The notes below the pieces were generated by a model. The model had not been told where the DNA came from. It searched no databases and was given only the letters and a program-made list of their open reading frames with translations. DNA of 64,000 bases from Alphaproteobacteria bacterium (lineage in GTDB: Bacteria > Pseudomonadota > Alphaproteobacteria > UBA9219 > RGZA01). The number at the start of each line of letters is the position of its first letter. Within the stretch, counting starts at the first letter, position 1. Shown piece after piece: positions 29,011-37,131 of the stretch. The stretch lies in assembly GCA_021732145.1 (NCBI GenBank), contig JAKFVN010000030.1, forward strand, positions 5,974-69,973, written 5' to 3'. The position numbers and the translations under genes are program-made.

Positions 29011-29682
29011 TTAGAATCCGCCGGGCGGCTTGAAGTTCATGACCGTTCCGGCTTTTTCTGCCTTCGTCACATTCATGAACTGCTGGTTCGCAGCACTTTG
29101 CATGAACTGGCCAAACTGCGTCGGGGCGCGGTTGCTGGATGATTTTTCAGCCATCATCAGATTGAACAAAATGCCCGGCAAGCCGCCATCCGCCACCCTG
29201 CCGCTGCGAATGCCTTCATCCTGACGCGCTTTTGGGCCCCAGAACAATTCCATAATGCGGCTGTCGCCGCTGCCGCGTTTCTTCTTTTTCACGGGATTGC
29301 CGAATTCATCCAGTTCCGCTGTGGCTTCATCCCAGCTTAGCTCATTCCATGCAACGCCCAGGAAATTCTGGATAGTGGACGACATGAAGGGAAAGTTATG
29401 CAGGATGTCGCGGAACATTTCCGCGCATACATAAATCGCATCTTCTTCCAGCTTCTTGATGTTTATTTTTTCTTCATCGGTCTTGTGACCCTTGCGAATG
29501 GCTTCGACCGGAACCATGCAGGTGTCTTTGAGTTTTTTGGCGAGTTCGCCGATTTGACCCGCGCGGTCATGCTCACCATTTTCGCGGTAGATTTCCTCAA
29601 TCGTGCGGAAGCGCTTAACAAGACATTCCGACCAATACCACCAGTCGTTAAATGGCGCGCGTTCATTATACTTTTCTGGCAT
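29011..29682 (-). CDS. Hypothetical protein, paralog A of a tandem pair
   Basis: 223 aa. Clearly paralogous to the next gene: WYWSECLVKRFRTIEEIYRENGEHD vs WQIWAKALERQLKRCGDVYKEHGED, and ELFWGPKARQDEGIRSG vs DIFKGPHRTTNEGIAAG. No signal peptide. Lys-rich internal patch. Confidence 0.45.
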   Translation of the reverse strand: MPEKYNERAPFNDWWYWSECLVKRFRTIEEIYRENGEHDRAGQIGELAKKLKDTCMVPVEAIRKGHKTDEEKINIKKLEEDAIYVCAEMFRDILHNFPFMSSTIQNFLGVAWNELSWDEATAELDEFGNPVKKKKRGSGDSRIMELFWGPKARQDEGIRSGRVADGGLPGILFNLMMAEKSSSNRAPTQFGQFMQSAANQQFMNVTKAEKAGTVMNFKPPGGF

Positions 29683-29697
29683 CGATAAGACCTGAGG

Positions 29698-30315
29698 TTA
29701 GCTGATGCCGGTGAGCGTTTCTTTTTTACGCGGCTTGTACGAACTGTCATGGCGTTCCAGCGGTTGCGGCCCGCCGCCCGCGCCGGTTGCGTTGCTGCTT
29801 GTTGTGCCGTTGCCCAATCCTTTTTGCAGATATTCATCGCCGCCCACATTCGCTTCATCCAGCAAACTGGCAAGCACCCAGGGCAGGGTGCCGTATTCAT
29901 CGGAAACACCTGCGGCAATGCCTTCATTCGTGGTGCGGTGCGGGCCTTTGAAAATATCCATCGCCGCGCGGCCCGAGCAATTCCCATAGCAGGACGAATT
30001 AAGCAAACGCTGCATATCTTCGGAAATGGCAGGCAAAGCATTCAGCGCATCGCGGAAGATTTTATGCAATACGGTCAGCGATAGCAGGTACAGCTTTTCA
30101 ACGCCGCCTTTGACATCGTAATTGCGTTTGGCCAGTTCCTGCGCATGGGCAACAGGGTCGATGAACAGCTCAATGCGTTGCAGAAGGGCAGTGACCTTAC
30201 CCGCATCCTCCCCATGTTCCTTATAAACGTCGCCGCAACGCTTCAGCTGGCGCTCAAGGGCCTTGGCCCATATCTGCCATACGTCATAGGTTGATTTTTG
30301 GTGCATACCGTTCAT
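29698..30315 (-). CDS. Hypothetical protein, paralog B of a tandem pair
   Basis: 205 aa. Same family as 29011..29682. It lies 38 nt downstream of aroC on the same strand. Confidence 0.45.
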   Translation of the reverse strand: MNGMHQKSTYDVWQIWAKALERQLKRCGDVYKEHGEDAGKVTALLQRIELFIDPVAHAQELAKRNYDVKGGVEKLYLLSLTVLHKIFRDALNALPAISEDMQRLLNSSCYGNCSGRAAMDIFKGPHRTTNEGIAAGVSDEYGTLPWVLASLLDEANVGGDEYLQKGLGNGTTSSNATGAGGGPQPLERHDSSYKPRKKETLTGIS

Positions 30316-30353
30316 GGCTGCCCTAAGCGTTAACGTTAAAACTTCGCCTTATT

Positions 30354-31427
30354 TTAGCATTTTGAAACGCGCGAGCGCAATAGATGATCAGCTAAAACGC
30401 ATGCAACCATTGCTTCCCCGATAGGAACAGCGCGAATACCAACGCAGGGATCATGGCGGCCTTTTGTAAGTATTTCGGTATTTTTCCCAGCTTGGTTAAT
30501 GGTGTTGCGCGGCGTTAATATTGAGCTAGTAGGTTTGACCGCAAAACGCAGCACAATATCCTGCCCCGATGAAATTCCGCCCAGAATGCCGCCCGCATGG
30601 TTGGATGCGAAACTAATTTTTCCATTTTGGCTGCGCATATCATCGCTGTTTTCTTCGCCCGTTAAAGCGGCTGCGGCAAAGCCATCGCCGATTTCAACGG
30701 CCTTTACCGCATTGATGGACATGATGGCTCTGGCCAAATCGCTATCCAGCTTGTCGTAAATGGGTTCGCCCAACCCAACAGGAACGCCGCTGGCGATCAC
30801 TTCAATAATCGCGCCAACGGATGAGCCTTTTTTACGGATGCTATCGAGATAATCTTCCCATTTCACGGCTGCCTTTTTATCGGGGCAGAAGAACGGGTTT
30901 TTATCGACTTGTTTCCAATCCCAATTATCGCGGTCGATTTTATGCGGGCCCATTTGTACCAATGCGCCGCGTACGGAAATTTTCTTACCCAAAATCTTGC
31001 GTGCAATGGCACCTGCCGCCACGCGGCATGCGGTTTCACGCGCCGATTGTCTGCCGCCGCCGCGATAATCGCGGATGCCGTATTTCATCTGATAAGTGTA
31101 ATCGGCGTGGCCGGGGCGGTATTTTTCTTTGATATCGCCGTAATCCTTGGAACGCTGGTCTATATTCTCAATCACCAGGCTAATCGGCGTGCCTGTGGTT
31201 TTGCCTTCAAACACACCTGACAAAATCTTCACTGCATCCGGTTCCTGGCGCTGCGTCGTATGGCGTGATTGACCGGGGCGGCGTTTATCCAGGAAACCCT
31301 GAATATCTGCTTCGCTTAAAGGGATAAGGGACGGGCAGCCATCAATCACCACGCCGATGGCCGGGCCGTGGCTTTCGCCCCATGTGGTGAAACGGAATAA
31401 AGACCCAAAGCTATTTCCTGCGGTCAT
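30354..31427 (-). CDS. aroC: Chorismate synthase AroC
   Basis: N-terminal [20 protein letters not shown] and the chorismate synthase signature regions. 357 aa. Confidence 0.9.
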   Translation of the reverse strand: MTAGNSFGSLFRFTTWGESHGPAIGVVIDGCPSLIPLSEADIQGFLDKRRPGQSRHTTQRQEPDAVKILSGVFEGKTTGTPISLVIENIDQRSKDYGDIKEKYRPGHADYTYQMKYGIRDYRGGGRQSARETACRVAAGAIARKILGKKISVRGALVQMGPHKIDRDNWDWKQVDKNPFFCPDKKAAVKWEDYLDSIRKKGSSVGAIIEVIASGVPVGLGEPIYDKLDSDLARAIMSINAVKAVEIGDGFAAAALTGEENSDDMRSQNGKISFASNHAGGILGGISSGQDIVLRFAVKPTSSILTPRNTINQAGKNTEILTKGRHDPCVGIRAVPIGEAMVACVLADHLLRSRVSKC

Positions 31428-32092
31428 TCTTGGTGCCCCGTTACTGGTGTGGGGGCGGGAAGCGGTGCGGGCGCTGGAGCTGGAGCTGGAGCTGGAGCTG
31501 GAGCCATTGTCGTGGGGGTGGTCGTCGTGGTTGATGACGTTGTTGCAGGTGCCGTCATAGCTGCTGCGCCCGAAGCCGAGGCGGGCTTGGTTGTTTTCTT
31601 CACATGCTTTTTGTTCAGTTTCTTTTTAGAAACAGGCTTCTTTTTAGAAACAGGTTTCTTGTTAGGAACAGGTTTCTTCGCGGCGGGCTCTGTTGCCTTT
31701 GGCTGCGGCGGCTCGGTCACGATGGCGTGCTGTGTTGTAACCGTCAATTCTTCGGTTTGCGCAACAGGGAACGAGAACCCGCAACGCTTTGCGTCGGTCA
31801 GGCACACGCATGGGTAATCTGCCGTTGGCGCGGCTGATGGATCGACGCAGGCATTGCTTGCTTCCTGCAATGCAAGGCATTTAAGGTTGTCGGTATCGTT
31901 TGCGGTGCAGCCCACGATGCAATCACGGTCGGACAGGCAGGCTTCGCCGGTCACCTTGCCCATTCTGGAAATCGGGCGCACGGCCGGATGACCAACCGGA
32001 GCAGAAGAGCCATAGGTATGTGCAATCGCCTCGCTTGCCATGAAGATCATGAATAAAAATAGTGCGATGGATTTTGCCGATAAATGCCGCAT
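31424..32092 (-). CDS. Secreted cysteine-rich protein (paralog 3 of 3) with a repetitive C-terminal extension [(KKPVS)n, (PA)n]
   Basis: Signal peptide, then an 8-Cys module ([26 protein letters not shown]...[13 protein letters not shown]) paralogous to the two upstream genes. The C-terminal low-complexity tail is encoded by tandem DNA repeats. Its stop overlaps the aroC start (ATGA). Confidence 0.5.
   Translation of the reverse strand: MRHLSAKSIALFLFMIFMASEAIAHTYGSSAPVGHPAVRPISRMGKVTGEACLSDRDCIVGCTANDTDNLKCLALQEASNACVDPSAAPTADYPCVCLTDAKRCGFSFPVAQTEELTVTTQHAIVTEPPQPKATEPAAKKPVPNKKPVSKKKPVSKKKLNKKHVKKTTKPASASGAAAMTAPATTSSTTTTTPTTMAPAPAPAPAPAPAPLPAPTPVTGHQE
31467..31504. repeat. In-frame hexanucleotide tandem repeat (GCTGGA)x5-6, encoding a (PA)n tract on the minus strand
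   Basis: Seen directly: gcgggc gctgga gctgga gctgga gctgga gctgga gcc. Confidence 0.7.
31621..31676. repeat. In-frame 18-nt tandem repeat x3 (tctttttagaaacaggyt), encoding a KKPVSK x3 tract on the minus strand
   Basis: Seen directly. Three successive 18-mers with 1-3 mismatches. Confidence 0.6.
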
Positions 32093-32107
32093 TCGTCGTT
32101 CCTAATG

Positions 32108-32422
32108 TTATGGTTTCTTGTACCCGCAATGCCTGCTATCCGGCAAGCATTCGCAGGAAAGGCCAACAGGGCCTGGTTCCGCCTCGCTGCAATTGCTGCT
32201 GCCCTCGCTGGTGCTGAGGCAGGTAACGGCCAGCTTATCGCCCTTGCTTGTTGTGCAAGCCTGCCAGCAATCATCGTTTGTTTTACAATCGCCGCCAGTG
32301 ACATTCCCATGCGTGGAACCGGCTTTTGGCGCGGGGTGGGAAACGGGCGCAGCCTTGCCATAAGCCAACGCAGGGCCGCTAAGCAGGCATGCAACGAGTG
32401 CCAGCATGATTAATTTTAGCAT
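32108..32422 (-). CDS. Small secreted cysteine-rich protein (paralog 2 of 3)
   Basis: 104 aa. Signal peptide MLKLIMLALVACLLSGPALA, then an 8-Cys module (VSHPAPKAGSTHGNVTGGDCKTNDDC...LSCECLPDSRHCGY). Confidence 0.5.
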   Translation of the reverse strand: MLKLIMLALVACLLSGPALAYGKAAPVSHPAPKAGSTHGNVTGGDCKTNDDCWQACTTSKGDKLAVTCLSTSEGSSNCSEAEPGPVGLSCECLPDSRHCGYKKP

Positions 32423-32431
32423 GGTTCACCT

Positions 32432-32758
32432 CTATTGTCCCAGGTATTCGGGTTCTACATAGCCGCAATAATGAACATCCGGCAAGCAACCGCATGTCAA
32501 TCCGTTATTAGGGACGTGGCTGTCGTCAACCACGCGCTTCCCTGCTTGTTTACGCGTAAGGCATAGCATCTGGAACTTTTTATTGTCCTTCGATGTGTAG
32601 CCGTTCACGCATTCCCTGTTGTTGTTGCATTTTCCGCCAGTGACTTTTCCAACGGAAGAAAGCGGGCGCATCACGTATTTGTATTGCTGCGCGTTTGCAA
32701 GCCGGGCGCTGCCAAGCAACAGGCAAACACACATCAAGACGAATGCGAATTTAGCCAT
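32432..32758 (-). CDS. Small secreted cysteine-rich protein (paralog 1 of 3)
   Basis: 108 aa. Signal peptide MAKFAFVLMCVCLLLGSARLANA, then a 6-Cys module (SSVGKVTGGKCNNNREC...LTCGCLPDVHYCGY). Its start overlaps the 3' end of fabI by 8 nt. Confidence 0.5.
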   Translation of the reverse strand: MAKFAFVLMCVCLLLGSARLANAQQYKYVMRPLSSVGKVTGGKCNNNRECVNGYTSKDNKKFQMLCLTRKQAGKRVVDDSHVPNNGLTCGCLPDVHYCGYVEPEYLGQ

Positions 32759-33617
32759 TCGCCGCCTTTATCGCATTCATGTTGTTCAGCATTTCGCCAA
32801 GTGCCACGGTTTCATCCACGGCCACCATGCCAACGGCGTGATAGCCCGCATCCACATGCACCACTTCGCCGGTTACGCCGGTGCCCATATCGGACAACAG
32901 AAATAAACCCATATTGCCGACTTCAACCTGCGTCACGTTCTTCTTCAATGGCGCGTTGATTTCGTTCCAGCGCAAGATGTGGCGGAAATCGCCAATGCCG
33001 CTGGCGGCAAGGGTTTTAATCGGGCCAGCGGAAATCGCATTCACGCGAATGCCCTGACCGCCCAAATCAACCGCCAGATAGCGCACGCTGGCTTCCAGCG
33101 CTGCTTTGGCAACGCCCATCACGTTATAGTGCGGCATGACGCGCTCAGCACCCAGATAGGAGAGAGTCAGCATGGAGCCGCCGTTCTTCATGAGCGGCGC
33201 AGCTTTCTTGCATACATTGGTAAACGAGAAGCACGAAATATCCATCGTGTTCAGGAAGTTGGTGCGCGTTGTATCGACGTATTTGCCATCCAGTTCATTC
33301 TTGTCAGAAAAGGCAACGCAGTGAACCACGAAATCAAGACCGCCCCATTGTTGCTCAATGGTTTTAAAAAGACGATCAAGGCTTTCATCATCCTGCACAT
33401 CGGCTTTTTCGATAATCTTCGCGCCAAGCTGTTCGGCCAATGGCACTACGCGCTTTGCCAGCGCATCGATTTGATAGTTGAGGGCCAGTTCCGCGCCTTG
33501 GGCAGCAGCAACTTGAGCGATGCCATAGGCAATCGAGCGGTCATTGGCAACACCCAGAATAAGGCCGCGCTTACCCTTCATCAGCGTGCCTTTAACGGGT
33601 TCATTAACATCGTGCAT
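32751..33617 (-). CDS. fabI: Enoyl-[acyl-carrier-protein] reductase (NADH) FabI
   Basis: SDR-like FabI motifs (GKRGLILGVANDRSIAYGIA; Tyr/Lys catalytic region SYLGAERVMPHYNVMGVAKAALE). The alternative ATG at 33581 gives an MKGKRG N-terminus. Confidence 0.85.
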   Translation of the reverse strand: MHDVNEPVKGTLMKGKRGLILGVANDRSIAYGIAQVAAAQGAELALNYQIDALAKRVVPLAEQLGAKIIEKADVQDDESLDRLFKTIEQQWGGLDFVVHCVAFSDKNELDGKYVDTTRTNFLNTMDISCFSFTNVCKKAAPLMKNGGSMLTLSYLGAERVMPHYNVMGVAKAALEASVRYLAVDLGGQGIRVNAISAGPIKTLAASGIGDFRHILRWNEINAPLKKNVTQVEVGNMGLFLLSDMGTGVTGEVVHVDAGYHAVGMVAVDETVALGEMLNNMNAIKAANG

Positions 33618-33707
33618 AGAAAAACCTCGGGAATAAAAAGATTCGAAAGAATGAAACGCAAAAGCTAGAGCAAATGCTGGCTTTTGGCAAATCGCATCTT
33701 CTAAAGT

Positions 33708-34664
33708 TCAATTAATACCAGCTTTTTTGCGTGGGTCATAGGGGTGGTTATGCGACCACTTTTCCATAAACTTGACCAATTGCTCGTCATGCACATCCGG
33801 CATCATCACGCGCATTCTTACATATTGGTCGCCGCGCACGCCTTGTGGGTCGGAAATGCCTTTGCCGCGAAGGCGCAAATTAGTTCCGGTATTGGCGCCT
33901 TTTGGAATTTTGATTTCTGCGCTGCCTTCCAGCGTCGGAACAGAAACAGTCGCGCCCAAAATCGCTTCGTAAATCGTGATGGGAATTTCGCACGTCACAT
34001 CCATACCCTTGCGTGTGAAGAACGGGTGCGCATCGACCTGGATTTCGATAATGGCATCGCCTGCGCGGCCTTCCTGGAAGCCTGCATAGCCTTGCTGTTT
34101 CAAGCGAAGCTTTGCGCCGCTTTCGGTGGCGGGGGGCACGTTGATTTCAATTGTTTTGCCCGTACCCAGCGTGATGCGCTTTTTGGTGCCCAGCGCGGCT
34201 TCGGTAAAGCTGACGCGCAAAGTTTCCGCAAGGTCAGACCCCTTGGCTTTTTCACGCGCATTCGCAAACGGGTCGGCGCCCGCGCCCCAATTGCCGTGGA
34301 AACGGGTAGATTTGGCTTTCATGCCGCCAAACAAATCCGCGAAAATGTCCTCGGATGAAAAATCACCCATCGGATCGTTGAACGGGTTTTGATGCGCGCG
34401 TGCATTGCGCGCGGCGTTATAATTTTGCTGCGCGGTGCGGGCATTGCCCATTGCATCGGTTTCGCCGCGGTCATATTTGGCGCGCTTGGCCGTATCGCCA
34501 AGAATATCGTATGCACCGTTTACTTCCTTGAATTTGGCTTCAACGTCCTTTTTGCCGGGGTTTAAGTCCGGATGGTATTTTTTGGCAAGCGCACGATATG
34601 CGTTCTTAATTTCGTCATCGCTTGCGCCGCGACTTACGCCAAGAATTTCGTAGGGATCACGCAT
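33708..34664 (-). CDS. DnaJ-domain co-chaperone lacking a zinc finger (CbpA/DjlA-like class II J-protein)
   Basis: N-terminal J domain with the HPD motif ([34 protein letters not shown]), a Gly/Phe-ish linker, and C-terminal substrate-binding beta-domains. No CxxCxGxG repeats. Confidence 0.7.
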   Translation of the reverse strand: MRDPYEILGVSRGASDDEIKNAYRALAKKYHPDLNPGKKDVEAKFKEVNGAYDILGDTAKRAKYDRGETDAMGNARTAQQNYNAARNARAHQNPFNDPMGDFSSEDIFADLFGGMKAKSTRFHGNWGAGADPFANAREKAKGSDLAETLRVSFTEAALGTKKRITLGTGKTIEINVPPATESGAKLRLKQQGYAGFQEGRAGDAIIEIQVDAHPFFTRKGMDVTCEIPITIYEAILGATVSVPTLEGSAEIKIPKGANTGTNLRLRGKGISDPQGVRGDQYVRMRVMMPDVHDEQLVKFMEKWSHNHPYDPRKKAGIN

Positions 34665-34762
34665 TTAAGTAAAGACCACCAATAAAAAAGACCGTTGCAG
34701 TCATATTAAACAAACCGCAACGGTCTTACAATGATTGGCTGCCTAAAATTTTAGGGGCTGAA

Positions 34763-35248
34763 TTACTGCTGAATCTGCCATGAACCATCGGGTTGGCGGC
34801 AGGCCGTGCCATAGGCATTTTGCGCTCTGCCACCGATATTGACGGTTTGGCTGAATTCACGGCAGTAGGAACCATCGCTGGCCTGGCCATCACGAACAGG
34901 GGTGAAGGAGCCGTAGTTGCCGTTTTGCGGGTTGTTCCAGGTGATGGTTTTGCCAACCGGCGCATCATATGCGCGGTATTGGGCTCTTTGCAGGGCGGCT
35001 CTGTCGGCGTTATCAAGCGATGAACCGATTTCATTGCCAAGCCAGCCGCCAGCAACCGCGCCAAGCGCAGTCATCACCACATTGCCGGTGCCTTTACCGA
35101 ATTGGTTGCCAAGCAGTGCGCCGCCGCCTGCGCCAAGAAGTGTTCCTGCGGTTTGTTTATTACCCCAGTTATCGCTTTGGCATGCGCCAAGTGACAGGGA
35201 TGCAATCAGCAAAAGAACAAGTGAGGTAACCGAAAGTGTGCGTTTCAT
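34763..35248 (-). CDS. Outer-membrane lipoprotein, glycine-zipper / 17-kDa surface antigen family
   Basis: Lipobox LSLGAC. Gly-zipper region GTLLGAGGGALLGNQFGKGTGNVVMTALGAVAGGWLGNEIG. The C-terminal Cys pair is typical of the family. Confidence 0.5.
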   Translation of the reverse strand: MKRTLSVTSLVLLLIASLSLGACQSDNWGNKQTAGTLLGAGGGALLGNQFGKGTGNVVMTALGAVAGGWLGNEIGSSLDNADRAALQRAQYRAYDAPVGKTITWNNPQNGNYGSFTPVRDGQASDGSYCREFSQTVNIGGRAQNAYGTACRQPDGSWQIQQ

Positions 35249-35357
35249 GTGAGGGCCTTTGGATTAAAGTTTAATAGCAGCGAGTTTGCCAATTTACACA
35301 TCATGTTCTAAGTATATAGTCAATACGGCGAGACTTTGACGAAAACAAGTAGAAGGT

Positions 35358-35978
35358 ATGATTATGGAGCACGATAAGCCAGCGCGCCCGCCGATTTCAG
35401 GGGATAACCCCTTTGATTTATTTGCGGTTTGGTTTGCTGAAAGCCAAAAGAATGAAATAAACGACCCCAATGCGATGGCGCTCGCAACGATTGGCGAAGG
35501 GGGCTTTCCAAGCTTGCGAATCGTGTTGCTCAAAGGTTATGACGCAAACGGATTTTGTTTTTTTACGAATACTTTATCTCGCAAAGGCAAACAGCTGGAT
35601 GGCGTGCCAAAAGCCGCGCTGACGTTTCATTGGAAATCCATCCGCCGCCAGGTGCGCATTGAAGGCGTGGTGGAACGCGTAAGCGAAAAGGAAGCGGATG
35701 ATTATTTTAATTCGCGGCCGCGCGGCAGCCAGATTGGCGCATGGGCTTCGCTGCAATCATCGCATTTGGATGCGCGGAGTGTTTTGGAAAACCGCGTGAA
35801 GGAATTTGAAGAAAAATATAAGGGCGTTCCGGTGCCGCGCCCGCCGCATTGGTCGGGTTACCGCGTAGTGCCGCGTTTGATCGAGTTTTGGCAGGATATG
35901 CCATTCCGTCTGCATGACCGCGTGGTTTTCACGCGCGATGCTCAAAATACTTGGAAAAACGAGCGCCAGTACCCTTAA
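35358..35978 (+). CDS. pdxH: Pyridoxamine 5'-phosphate oxidase PdxH
   Basis: PNPOx fold with conserved LRIVLLKGYD...FFTN...SRKG and the C-terminal RLHDRVVF motif. AGAAGG SD upstream. Confidence 0.85.
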   Translation: MIMEHDKPARPPISGDNPFDLFAVWFAESQKNEINDPNAMALATIGEGGFPSLRIVLLKGYDANGFCFFTNTLSRKGKQLDGVPKAALTFHWKSIRRQVRIEGVVERVSEKEADDYFNSRPRGSQIGAWASLQSSHLDARSVLENRVKEFEEKYKGVPVPRPPHWSGYRVVPRLIEFWQDMPFRLHDRVVFTRDAQNTWKNERQYP

Positions 35979-36038
35979 AATAGATAAAAGGCCAGCCATT
36001 TTTTACGTCTTGTTATTGCAATAATAAGACAATTAACC

Positions 36039-37127
36039 ATGGCAAAAAAACCTAAAAATTATGACCCGTTTGCGCGCGAAGCCAGCCCACAAATTCTTCG
36101 AACGCCGTTGCCGCGCAAAATCACTGCGCCAAAATATGAGCTGACCGAGCCTTGCGTTCTTGAAGCCACACCAGTGGATTATCCGCTGGTTCAAGATGGA
36201 AAAACGACGCCTTATGGTCAGCGTATTATAGACACACAAAGAGGCTTAAGAGGTGAGCGAGACAAGCTGCCACCCTATGCGCTGCGAATTGCACGGATTG
36301 ATGGCGTGACGATTGAAGCGCCCACCACGTATAAACAATCATTGGCATCTAATCCGGCCGATGGCGCTTTTTATCATCCGCCGACAAAAAAAGTAGTTAT
36401 TCCAACAGTGCCAGCGGGTTACCCAAATCAGGTAGGTGCCCATGATGATAGCTTGCCGCATGAATTTAATCATGGCGTTGACCGGGCGCTGGGCAATTTG
36501 CTGACCAAGCCGTTTTCAGTTGGCGGGTTGGATACCAATCTTTCCGAGCACCCTTTGTTTGCCGAAGCAAACCGCCGCGATATGGCGCGCATTAAAGATG
36601 ACCCCGCGCGCAAATGGGCGATGGATTTAAATCATTATCTTCCTCAGGAAAAAGGCGGAACCCACGAAAATAGATATAATAATTATACTGCCAGAAAAGA
36701 AGTGTTCGCAGAATTATTGGCAAATGTTCAAAATGGCGGTTCTCCGCATGATCAATCGTTCAAGCATTTTGGAAAAAATGCCTATACCACCGCGCTGCGT
36801 GACATGAACCCGCATATGCTGGCGGTTTTACAGAAATTCCATAAGGAAATGATTGCACTTGAAAAAGCAAATCCGATAACAATCGATGCTACAACAGGCG
36901 CTGTAAATAATGATAAGTATAAAGCCGCACTTACAAAATACCTAAGCGAATTGCCAAAATCGCCTGATGCCTATTTGGACGCCGCAACCAATGCGCGCCT
37001 TCTCAGACTGCCAGCGCAGATTGCAGATGTGAAGGGAACCAAAGAGCAAGTCGCAAGGGAAGTTGCCCCCGACACATGCATTGACATTAAAGTCATTATG
37101 AAGCCAGCGGTGCCCGCAAAGCCATAA
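36039..37127 (+). CDS. Hypothetical protein with an HEXXH zinc-metallopeptidase-like motif (HEFNH)
   Basis: 362 aa, no signal peptide. SLPHEFNHGVDRALG is the only recognisable motif. Weak SD. Confidence 0.35.
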   Translation: MAKKPKNYDPFAREASPQILRTPLPRKITAPKYELTEPCVLEATPVDYPLVQDGKTTPYGQRIIDTQRGLRGERDKLPPYALRIARIDGVTIEAPTTYKQSLASNPADGAFYHPPTKKVVIPTVPAGYPNQVGAHDDSLPHEFNHGVDRALGNLLTKPFSVGGLDTNLSEHPLFAEANRRDMARIKDDPARKWAMDLNHYLPQEKGGTHENRYNNYTARKEVFAELLANVQNGGSPHDQSFKHFGKNAYTTALRDMNPHMLAVLQKFHKEMIALEKANPITIDATTGAVNNDKYKAALTKYLSELPKSPDAYLDAATNARLLRLPAQIADVKGTKEQVAREVAPDTCIDIKVIMKPAVPAKP

Positions 37128-37131
37128 GGCA

